This document shows, piece by piece, positions 11,051 through 22,401 of a DNA stretch of 64,000 nt (position 1 is the stretch's first letter; the number at the start of each line of letters is the position of its first letter). Made by a program: the position numbers and the translations under genes. The stretch is from Takakia lepidozioides (Eukaryota > Plantae > Bryophyta), in the NCBI GenBank assembly GCA_030704615.1, contig CM060733.1:2294001-2358000 (forward strand). Reading direction: 5' to 3'. The notes beneath the pieces are model-generated. The model did not search any database. It worked only from the letters and a program-made list of their open reading frames with translations, and was not told where the DNA came from.

Positions 11051-12792
11051 AGCTCACTCCAGTAGCAATATCCATCAACATGACTCGAATATTTCATTTA
11101 TGAAGGCCAGCCTTGAGATCCTACTAACGAATGAGGAAAGAAAGAAGGTGGGTCTCTTTTGAACATATTCATGAAAGTTCATAGAATAAACTACCTTCAA
11201 TTTCGAAGAGAAATACCCATATCCGCATCAGTACTTTTTATCAAGACACATTTTGTTCAAAACAATAATATTTGTCACTGAGTTTATGTAGACAACTATT
11301 TTTTTAAAGAATTTATCTTCGAATATAAGGTCGTTACCTATCTATTATATCAAAATGCTAATGTCCACCGTAAACAATAAAAACTTGGCCATATGTAGAA
11401 CTTCAAATAATATGGAAAAACAAAATGTTAATGTCGAGAGGCGGACAAAATAAATGATTTGCAATTCATACCAATTGCAAATAAAGATGAAAAAATATCA
11501 TATAAACAACATTCATAATCCAAATCCAAATCTGCTTGTTGTATCAAAATGAGCCACAATCATAACACTGTCAAATGAATCTTGAAATGAAATACAGAGG
11601 AAAAATACAAAAATCCAGAAAAGGGTTTTACTCCCCCTCACTTCTTGGGCATAGATAGAGGTAGCTGCATCAAACACTGAAATACAGAGATGTGACATAC
11701 ATAGATGTACGACCATGGGATGACCCACCCCTTTTTGTACCAATTGAACGTAGTTCTTAGAATTTGTTGCTAGTAATGCGGAGCAACACAAAGCCCTAGT
11801 GCACATAACGCATTAGTTTTGCAAGGTTCATACATAGTGGTGGGTAGTGTGGTGGTTAAGAACAATGAATAATGATCATGAGGTCTGGTGTTCAGATCTT
11901 GTCAGGTTGTACTGTGGTAGTAATGTGTACCGTGGCAAGTTCAACAATAATCTGTCGAATATTTATTTTATTTTGAGAATTTCATTTCAACATATAGGTA
12001 AATAATAGGGCTTATTGGGCTTGGTTTGCGTGTGCTAAATCTATGTAGTTGGATATTGATTGAGTGCTAGATGTAAACAATGATGTTACGTTCTTGTTGG
12101 TGATTGGCTTTACGATCCCGGTACCTCTAAGTCAGATTCCTCCCTTCATGCTTGGCTCATTCTACTGTCTACATACCCCGTGATTTGCATAGTCATGTAG
12201 ATGATTGTAGCATATACCCAAAGGCATAAAGCACCTTGAAATATTTCTCTTTGTTAAAATCGGCTCCTCACAAAGTAGATTGGCGCGCTTATGGAGGCAG
12301 GTGTCCATTCTATAGCTGTGGAATGCACACCAATTATTTTTCATTATTTTTCCAACATTTTTCTTTATCTTTTGGCAAGATTTCCTTACAAGTCTATCTT
12401 TCCAATTTGTAAAGAAATGCGGCAACAATTTTGAACTTGAAGGTTTTGAATCCTTTACTGAAATTTTTTGGAAACACCAGAGCGAAGTACAGATTGAAGC
12501 ACAGTGGCTGGGAATATGCACCCAAACTACTTGCAATAAGCTTGCATATGGCTTGACAAGCTAGAAGAATCTACATATGGATATGAGCTTGAAAAGCTTC
12601 ACCAGCTAGAAATGTTTGACTCTCTAAACAATTTGAACAATCTTGAAATGAATGTGAGCTTCTAAGGCTTCAAATGAATCTGTACAAGGCCTATCAATCT
12701 ACTCATCCCCTTAGACTTTAGAGCAGCCTTCAGAAAGTCTGCGGCGTCAACAAAATTTCCCACGTTCAAAGTGATACTACAGTTCTGCAGAT

Positions 12793-13518
12793 TCAAGAAC
12801 TAATGGCCGACATGGGTCGATGACGTTGAACCACGGACCTGGTAACGCACAGGATAATCCTTAGCAACCATCTTTTCGGCCTCCAAAAAGATCTAGCCTC
12901 AAATGAGCGGTGAAGAGCTTCACCTGAAGCTAACTTTGCCCACTGATAACGCACATCAGTTAGGATGTGAAATTTTTCGCATGGTTTGCTGGTTTCCATG
13001 GATCTCTTATTGTATTGAGCCCGGATGATCCTCCCGATTCCATGTAGAAGCGATGCAATAGTACCGGGCAGATACAACATGCTATCACGTTTGCGAGTTT
13101 CAAGCATAAACTCGGCCAATAAATCCACGAAGCCTCTAATGTCTTCTTGCTCAGATAGTTCTTCTATAGAAAGTGTAGTGTCATTGTTTTGCTCAGTGCA
13201 CCACTCTTGGAATGTATTGCGCGCCCATTTCTCCGCGTGTTTGCTTCTCCTGCCACCACCAGCATCCACAAAATTCATCTCCTCCTTCGAGTGTGCAACG
13301 AATCTCTTACGAGTAGGTGTTGCATCATCATCGTTATCAGCTTCAAAACTTCCATCTGACGATGAATCTTCTACCTCAGGCAGCAGGTCGAATCGAGGAA
13401 CTTCATCGCAGTTCGCAATAACCTCCGGAAACACAACTTCAACGGATTCTTCCGCAACAAGAGCTTGAACTACCTTGACAAATAAAACATCATCGCATGC
13501 ACAATTAGCACAATACAA
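12793..13518 (-). pseudogene. Crypton/DUF3504-like tyrosine recombinase, N-terminal DNA-binding part, truncated
   Basis: KWARNTFQEW...DLLAEFMLETRKRDSMLYLPGTIASLLHGIGRII resembles the conserved W..F..W / F..E.RK.DG..Y...T...L..G..R pattern of Crypton-derived proteins. No catalytic R-H-R-Y seen. Confidence 0.6.
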
Positions 13519-14009
13519 TGATTAGCACCACACAATTAGCATCACACAATTAACATCAATGAAAATTTGTGCATAACCTATGCATAATCGCTTTGGCACT
13601 ACGGCGTCCTCGTCGCAATCTCCCGAACTCCATAGCTCGCCGCAGGATACGCGGCAGGATACACGGGAAATTTGCACAACGTACGATGCAGGAAATGCGG
13701 GAAACTTAAAAGAAAAGCAGGAAAGAAATAGAAAAAACAAGGGATGAAAATAGGGATGGCCGAAATATTTCAAGGTACTTTATGCATTGTTCAGTGCCTC
13801 ATGATTATGAGATTTTTCAAGTAGCAACCTGCATAGATTGCACAATAGAGGGAGATGGCTTCGAGTTATGAGAAAAAACCTAAACGAGAAACTAGTGAGT
13901 CTGTCTTCGAGAATGTGATGTTGACTGCCTCAAGGGGAAACCTGAGCTCTAAGTTGATTACGTATACTGAGGAGATTAGTCTCGTGTTTTAGCTTTGTTT
14001 TAATTTATT

Positions 14010-15127
14010 TTTGTTTTGATTGACGATGGATGTAGGTAGGGGTTGCAACCAGGAACCCAAAGAACCCTCCCTCACTCCATTTGAGCGAGTGTTCAATATC
14101 ATAGGGTCTGGAACATGTGTGACAATGAACTAGGAATGTATGGTCATTTCGGGCTCTGTTACATACTTGCTTTGATTTTTTTTTTGTCTCATTGAAGTTG
14201 GCAGTAAGTAGAGGGTTCAACAACAAATGAACAGTCCCCCTCCCTCACAACATTTGAGTGAGAAATGCAAAAAATAGGGGCTGAAACATGCTCAGGGACT
14301 GTCAATGGGCAAATGTGAACATTTAGCCCTGTTTCAGCTTGCAATTATCTTCCTCTTGTTATGATCCATGAGGGCAGTGGGTAGAGGGTGCAAGGATGAA
14401 CCCACAACACCCTCCCTCACAAAATTTGAGAAATTTGGGAACTAAATATAAGGCTCTAGAACATATATGATAGAGAAATAAGCATGTCGGTCATTCCGGG
14501 CTCTATTTCAGCATTTCTTTGATTTGTTTTTGGTCTGATTGGAGTTGGTAGTATGTAGGGGGTTCAACCACGAATGAACAACCCCCTCCCTCACTCCAAT
14601 TGAGTGAGAAATGCAAAAGATAGGGGCTGAAATATGGAGGTCACCGAGAATGGGCAAATGGGGACATTCAGCCACCTGTATCACCTTGCAATTGCCCTCC
14701 TCTTGCTATGAACCATGAGGGCAGTGGGTAGAGGGCCCAAGGATGATCCCACAGCACCCTCCCTCATAAAATTTGGGAAAGTTCGGGATTAACTAGGGTC
14801 TGGAACATATATGATAGACAAATGGTCATGTAGGTCAACCTGGGCTGTGTTTAGCTTTCATTAAATTCTGTTTTGGTATGATTGAAGTTGAAAGTAAGTA
14901 GGGCCTTCAACCACGAATGAACAATCCCCTCCATGACTCCATTTGAGTGAGGGATGCAGAAAATAGGGGCTGGAACATGGAGGTCACTGCCAGTGGGCAA
15001 ATTGGGACTTAAGCGACTCTTAGATCAGCCCAGGCTGTGTTTCAGCTTTGCTTTGATTTTTTTTTGGGTCTGGTTGAAGCTGGCAGTAGGTAGGGGGTTC
15101 AACCACGAATGAAGAGTCCCCTCCCTC
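14010..15127. repeat. ~173-bp satellite (dimeric ~346-bp higher order), left part
   Basis: CCCTCC(C/A) anchor at ~14065, 14238, 14410, 14584, 14757, 14927, 15119; alternating A/B units. Confidence 0.85.
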
Positions 15128-15546
15128 CAGCGTAGCTATGGCGTGAGCCCAGCCCCGTGAGCCTGGGAGCTGAGCTCACGTTGTAGCTGCAAAGCGTGAG
15201 CTGAGCTCACGCTTCAAGGAAGCGTGAGCGGCACAAATCTGCTGGAGAAGCAGGTCCTATAGGCGAGGATTGCAAGAAGAGGGTCTATTACCGTGGACAA
15301 AACAAAGGGGGCCACCATGCACCATGTCTGCAATGCCTGCACAAAAAGAGGAATATGAAAATATGGCAGAATTGAGCTCAGAATGATTAACACACTTTAT
15401 TTCAATTCGCAGATAGACGCTTACAATGAATGGCATGTGCATTTGCCATGGTTCCGTGAACGAAATGTATGTGTTTGTCCTAAATGCAAAGTCTTAACAC
15501 GGTAACCTGGAAACCAGCGTGGGAAGCGGGCATGGTTCGTATGTGT

Positions 15547-18500
15547 TCAAAGAGAATTTGGCGGAGCCCTACGTGAGGTGTCCCGTTGCAGAAGGGTGAT
15601 GACTTCTCCGTAGCCTAGTGTGGCTTGGTGAATGAATTGGTCTCTCTTACCATCGCAACACATAATTACAAGGTATATGTAATATTGATGTTTGCAGGGG
15701 ACCCACTTCCCTCTCATGCCGAGAGCGCCCTCACGCATCGTTACAAAATCCGGACAAGTGCAAGTAGGGAAATTCCCCACGGTAACCTGATATTCTTTGC
15801 CATGAAGAACTGAGCTAATAGACAACACTATGTAAATCTGTCCATACCCTGGGGCAGGGACTTTGGTGATACGAGCCACCCGAGCCTGCAAAATTCTAGC
15901 CGATTCCATCTTGCATTCGTGATCTACACCTGAAGCGACACGGCGCACTGTTTTTCCATATCTTTTTGTTGGGTGGGAGTCGGCACCGGGTGGAGGCATT
16001 GCCGGAGCATGTGGCACATCTGTGCCGACAGTGCACAAGGGCACCACCCAGGACCGTGCAAGACAAAACCCTCCCTCCTCTAGCATGCTTATCTCGGTTG
16101 TTGACAACGACGTCCCAAGTTTCATAGGCCAAATTGCGGGGGGATGGGGTTTCATTATCACCGAAGGACGAACTGTTCCTTTGACGCATCGTGCCATATC
16201 ATCTGGGCAGAACCAGAACTTGTGGTCCTTTGACTCCCCACTATGATAAGGTCGGAACAACCCTGTGAATGTTGGAGCTGGAGTCCCCCTGGAGCCTTTG
16301 CATATTTTTGATTTGCATTTCTTGAAAGAGGGGGTCCGAATTGCCATGCAAGCAACTCTAGATCCTGGTGGGGTGCGTTCTATATGCCACTCACTATCAA
16401 TGCAATCAGATTCCTGTACCATGGCCACCACCTCCTCCAATGGGATTCCTGCTGCTGTGCTTGCATGTTCTGCACCTGCTCCACTAGAGGAGGACCCACC
16501 TGGGAAGGGGCTGGCACACGACTTACTCTGCACTGGAGACACCTTTGGCACAGAGAAATTGCCTGTCTGGGCGATGGGAATCTCCATCTGACCCTGGAAG
16601 AGTGTTCAACCTTTTGCATGATCCAAATTTTTCCTCGCCTTTCAAATGAGGGAGCCTGGATTGCAAAGGGGAGCCTTCAGTGCACCTGTTCAGAGCTCTG
16701 GCCATCTTCGATGGGTCTCCGGACCTACTCGCAGCCCTTAGCATCAACAAAGTTGTACCGGGGCCCTTGCCTCCACCCCGTCCCATCAGAAAATTGCGGT
16801 ACCTGGTTTGTTGTGTAAGTGCCCGCACCATGTCATCAGCAGTGGCCACATACAAGTCACGACCTGCTTTGGTAGATTGCTACATCCAGGCGTTGTGAAC
16901 AGTCTCCGCCAAATTACAGGATGGCATGTCGGCCAAGTCCTCCAAGGACATGTCCTGTAGGAGGCATTGCATGGAAATGTGAGGAACGAAAGGAAATGGA
17001 AGAGGTTCTGCAAGCGACAATCCAAGAACCCCAAATGAACAGGCACGATGCAAAATTTGTGTTTTTGGGATTGAAGAGGCTTACCGTCGTCATGAAAGCT
17101 CCCCACTGTCTGTACCTGAAGTGCCAGAAAACCAACCAGTCCTCCAACTCCTTCAGATGGATACCAGTACCAGCACCAGAGGAGAACCACCAAGCCCGGA
17201 TTGCCTGGTAAGTGCTCTCGGCTTCTCCCATTGAGGTGGCATTTTTGTACTTGAGACAGAGCCTTCTGTGCTCCAACTGAAGGTTAGGGCGAATGCAGCG
17301 CTTTGTATGACGTACCAGAGATTGACTCCAATGGAAGAGGCATGTGCGCTCCCTATTTTCCTTTGGGACCTTAGGATCCCCCAAACCAAACACGCGCCGC
17401 ACTGCATTGAAATTTGCCTGTGCACTATCAGCCATGAAGCCCGCAAAATTTGTGTTCTGTATTCCATTGCGCTGCATGACGGCCAGGAGCGAATTCCACA
17501 TGAGCATCTGGGATTCAGTGTCCTCTGACTGCATATCACAAATTGCTATTGAGAGCACACGCTGGTACGCTGGATCATACACATGGCACGCCATGGTTGT
17601 CCAACCCTTCACCCGTTTGCAGTGATCAAACATCAACCAACATTTAGCCAAATCTCCTCCAGGTTGCATTCGGCGGACAATGCTCACACCACTGCCTTCG
17701 CCCACTGCGGACATCTTGAACAAATACACCTTGGACGAGCCCTGGCCAGGGAAGATACTGTTTTGAATGAATTAATAACAACTTCTCCGTTTGAGGTCCA
17801 TAATGTTGTCCATGAATCCAGCAGTGCCTGTGCCGACTCTGAGTGCATTCACCTGGTTTCGAATATTGGAAGAGCTCAACACGGAGAAATGGTCCATCAC
17901 TGCATCAAGCGAATCTGCATCCAGCATTGGTTGTGTCGAATCCCCTTCACCCAGTATGTGTTTTTCCAGGAAAGCCTTGCTAGCTGCAAGCGCTATAGCA
18001 GAAGATGTTGCACAAGGGGCATTGTGGAACTCCTGCTTCAGCAGATTTCTAGCGATGTCCACGCTATCCCTGCAACTTCCTTTGGACACAGGATGCTCGT
18101 GTACACCCATATGAATGCAGGCACGAGTCATTGTCTTGCATCGGTGTGCCACCTGGTATATACGAGCGTAGCACACAGAAACACAGGACGGGGAAAGTTT
18201 GCAGAACCTGCACACAAAAGTATTGGTCTTGGGAGGGGCAAGTCCTGGGGTGAAAGGATTCAGGGGCACACCTTCCCACTCACTTTCGTTTGGTTGAGCG
18301 TTGTTTCTCATCCGAGGGCAAGAAATATTCAGGCACTTGCAATGCCCAACGCAAACCGACCTTTGAACTTTCAATCCAATGTCATTGTGGATGTTCGACG
18401 TTTTTGTCCTGCACCAAGGGTGTCCGTCATGTTTCTTGTACATGCCCTGCAGAAGCCCAGCCAGTCCATTGGAAGACGTGGGAGGGTTGAGCTCAAACAA

Positions 18501-19106
18501 GATGTCCCCATCAAACTCTGCTGGCACGTATTGAACCCGTTGCACACGAAGGGACTCCCAATCAACAAAACGCAGCTCGCTCTTGCACCCAGGCACCCCT
18601 GCGAGGGCTTTCAATTTTGGAATGACACTCGTTATCTCTTGCAATTCGTCATCATCCAAGAATGGAGTTTGCACTGGCAGAGGAATCTCAGAAACATCCT
18701 CCGCGGACGAGTCTGAAAGAGTCACGAATGTAGTGGATGTGCTCACATCTTGTTTCACATGAACTGTGCCCTTTTGCTGCACGACCGATGCTACAGTTCC
18801 AGGGGTAATGACTGATCCTGCTGATTGTCTTCTCTCTTTACCAAGGACACGGTATGTGCCTGGAAGGACTCTCCACTTCCTTCCACACTCGCCAACCAAT
18901 GGTTTCTCCAAGTGTCCAGAATCCAAATTCCCATCCTCGTCATACACCTCTTTTTGAACAAGCAGAGAACCCAATTCCAGTGGGAACACTGTAACCAGCT
19001 CATCCTCATGAACAACTGCAAACCCATCGTCGTCTGCAGTGGCAGTCAGTGGAAGACTACATGCATTGGAATGAAATCGGGCGAGTCTATCTCGCTCCCT
19101 CGACAT
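15547..19106 (-). pseudogene. MULE-type DDE transposase with N-terminal Cys/His-rich (GCM-like) domain and C-terminal SWIM finger
   Basis: 19106-17085 is one frame with an in-frame stop at 17772 (DGHPW..C..C..HxHP; WLMFDH, FMADSAQA, CLFHW). Intron GT at 17084 to AG at 16955, then exon 'PSCNLAETVHNAW' (catalytic E). After a frameshift at ~16570 comes SWIM 'CTCPDF..CKHQYYI'. Confidence 0.85.
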
Positions 19107-20526
19107 GTTTTCCTACGCTGACCGAAAGTTGCGATTCACAACGGAATCCCCGAACTGATAGCCCGTAATTCTCGAAAGGGGATCCACCACAAACAAATCG
19201 AGGTCAACAAGGGTAGCACTAACCCAAAGGCTGCGGGCGATGCATCAAAAGGATGTAGGAATGACATGCACTGAACTTCGTAGACAACCACGCTGAGAGA
19301 CACCAACCAGAAAAACTGTTTTCAAAGACAAGAAGCCAGAAGAAGCCAGAAGAAGCCAGAAGAAGCCGTGCTGTTTTTGGATGAAAAACAAATCCTGAAC
19401 ATGACATGAAATCATCCATTATGGAAAGACGGCAACAACCCTGGAGAGCAGTAAATAGGAAGACCCCGAATGTAATGAGGTTGTGCTGTGCCAGAAGAGC
19501 ACAACACAAACATGGACACTCCAAGAGTCACCTCGCACGGATGTGTGCAACACAAGATCATTTTTGACATAACCCTTTATACCGAATGACCCCATGGCGA
19601 CGATGACGGCAAAATGCAAACCACAGGGTAGGCAGTACGACACACGTGGATGCATATGTGAAGCATAACATTTATGGCGAATCTACAAGAACTGCTCGAA
19701 ATTGAACTAGCATTAGATTTCTACGGCACTTCCGAATTTGAAAGAATGCAAGAAGGCTGCCATGTATTGGCCCAGGCAGTGAAGTACATCTGACATATAT
19801 CACAAGTACATGCAACGGATGTACATATTTTCTAGCACTTTATTTCTTGGATAATACAAAGACACCGAAATGGATGAATTCCGTTCGCACACAATAACAA
19901 CACCCGCATCCAAATACGGTTGACAATGTCCAATTTTGATTTTGGTTACATGCCATAGCAACCCTTGTTGCAAACGTCAAACTGGAGAGCTCTAGAGGCA
20001 TCGTGGGGAGCCCTTGTTTCCAGCGAAGGAGGAAGAGAAGGAAGTCATTATACTTCACGAGCTCTAGAAACAGGAATAGAGCCAGATATAGAATGAGGAT
20101 GGAAAGAGTGGACGATGAGGAAAAGGCGGAAGAAGAGGGCCAAGAGGAAAGTATGGCGATGGAAGAGCATGAATCCGGAGAAGAACAACAGCCTGCCATA
20201 GTTCCAAGAACAGGTGAGGAGGACACTGTATCCGAGGGAGAGACAGACGCCGAAGATGATGTTGATGCTGGCCTCACGAAGAACCTCATAGTGGAAGAGA
20301 GGATGGGGGAGATGCTCCAGAACATGCGATGCGTGGAGAGCAGTCCGAAGCGCAAAGGGTCCCCGGCGATTGGGGAGTCTTCTGGAGCAGCCAAAACAAA
20401 GGTACAATCTTTGAAACCCACATTTGTGCTTCATTGCTGATGTGAACCCCAGTTGAGATTGTATTTCGATATGAACATAGTCTACACACAGCATCTCTGC
20501 CAGGTTGCATCAACCGCGAACAAGAA

Positions 20527-22401
20527 GCTCAAACAGTGTGCGTTGACGCACACTGTTTGAGCCCCCTATTTTACTTGGTTGTTGGTGTGCAAAACGGCCA
20601 GATAAGGCCACTATGCCCGGTTCAATCCTCCACTATTTGGAAGCTCAAACAGTGTGCGTTGACGCACACTGTTTGAGCCCCCCTTATCATTGTTCTTTTC
20701 ACAAAAAAATTACCCAGCCAGGGTATCTCTTTGAGGTTCAATCATCAATTTCCTGGTAGCTCCATCAGTGTGCGTCAACGCACACTGTTTGAGCTCACCT
20801 TGTCATTGTTTTTTTCGTTTCAAAATCAGCCACACAGGGCGTGTCTCTGAGGATCAATGAACACTTATCTGGTAGCTCAAACAGTGTGCGTTGGCGCACA
20901 CTGTTTGAGCCCACCTTCTCATTGATTTTTCATCTGAAAAACGGCCACAAATGGCATGTATTTGAGGATCAATCATCACTTACCTGGCAGCTCAAACAGT
21001 CTACGTCAACGCACACTGTTTGAGCTCACCTTGTCATTGTCTTTGTCATCTGAAAATCGGCCACATAGGGTATGTATTTGAGGATCAATCATCACTTACC
21101 TGGCAGCTCAAACAGTGTGCGTCAACGCACACTGTTTGAACTCACATTGTCATTGTTTTTTTCGTTTGAAAATCGGCCACATAGGGCATGTCTCTGAGGA
21201 TCAATGAACACTTACCTGGCAGCTCAAACAGTGTGCGTTGGTGCACACTGTTTGAGCCCACCTTCTCATTATTTTTTTCATCTGGAAATCGGCCACAAAG
21301 GGCATGTATTTGATGATCAATGAACACTTACCTGGCAGCTCAAACAGTGTGCGTCAATGCACACTGTTTGAGCCCACCTTGTCACTATTTTTTTCCTGTG
21401 AAATTCGGCAATACAGGGCATGTCTGTGAGGATCAATGAACACTTACCTGGCAGCTCAAACAGTGTGTGTCAACGCACACTGTTTGAGCCCACCTCTCAT
21501 TGTTTTTTCGTTTGAAAATCAGCCACACAGGGCATGTAACTAAGTATCAGTGAACACTTACCTAGCAGCTCAAACAGTGTGCATTGGCGCACACTGTTTG
21601 AGCCCAGCTTCTCATTATTTTTTCATCTGAAAAAGGCCACAAACAGCATGTATTTGAGGATCAATCATCACATACCTGGCAGCTCAAATAGTGTGTGTCA
21701 ACGCATACTGTTTGAGCTCACCTTGTCATTGCCTTTGTCATCTGAAATTGGCCACATAGGGCATGTATTTGAGGATCAATCATCACTTACCTGGCAGCTC
21801 AAACAGTGTGCGTCAACGCACACTGTTTGAACCCACCTTGTCATTGTTTTTTTCTTGTGAAATTCGGCATCATGGGGCATGTCTTTGAGGTTCAATGCAC
21901 ACTTACCTGGCAGCTCAAACAGTGTGCGTCAACGCACACTGTTTGAGCCCACCTTGTCATTGTTTTTTTCCTGTGATATTCGGCAACACAGGGTACGTCT
22001 GTGAGGATCAAGGAACACTTACCTGGCAGCTCAAACAGTGTGCGTCAACGCACACTATTTGAGCTCACATTTTCTTTGTTTTTTTCATCTGAAAATCGGC
22101 CACTAAGGGCATGTCTTTGAGGTTCAATGAACACTTACCTGGCAGCTCAAACAGTGTGCGTCAACGCACACTGTTTGAGCCCACCTTGTCATTGTTTTTT
22201 TCTTGTGAAATTTGGCATCATGGGGCATGTCTTTGAGGTTCAATGCACACTTACCAGGCAGCTCAAACAGTGTGCGTCAACGCACACTGTTTGAGCCCAC
22301 CTTGTCATTGTTTTTTTCATTTGAATAGGGCCAAATATCATGTTCAAAACACTTGAATTTGGAAGCTGAAACATTGTGCGGCAATGCACGGTGTTTTCGG
22401 C
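20527..22401. repeat. Tandem array of 17 units (~116 bp), each with a 36-bp palindrome GCTCAAACAGTGTGCGT-(CA/TG)-ACGCACACTGTTTGAGC
   Basis: Palindrome starts at 20527, 20643, 20759, 20875, 20990, 21106, 21222, 21338, 21454, 21568, 21682, 21797, 21913, 22029, 22145, 22261 and a degenerate copy at 22365. Confidence 0.95.

Noticed and set aside
17583-18716. 377-aa plus-strand ORF
   Set aside because: Antisense shadow of the MULE transposase; no motifs.
20978-22261. Tandem U1 snRNA genes
   Set aside because: Only the first ~13 nt resemble U1; no U1 stem-loops, Sm site or snRNA promoter recognised.
20527-22401. CRISPR array (36-bp palindromic repeats, regular spacing)
   Set aside because: The ~80-bp 'spacers' are clearly homologous to each other, no cas genes are present, and the context is eukaryotic and intronic.
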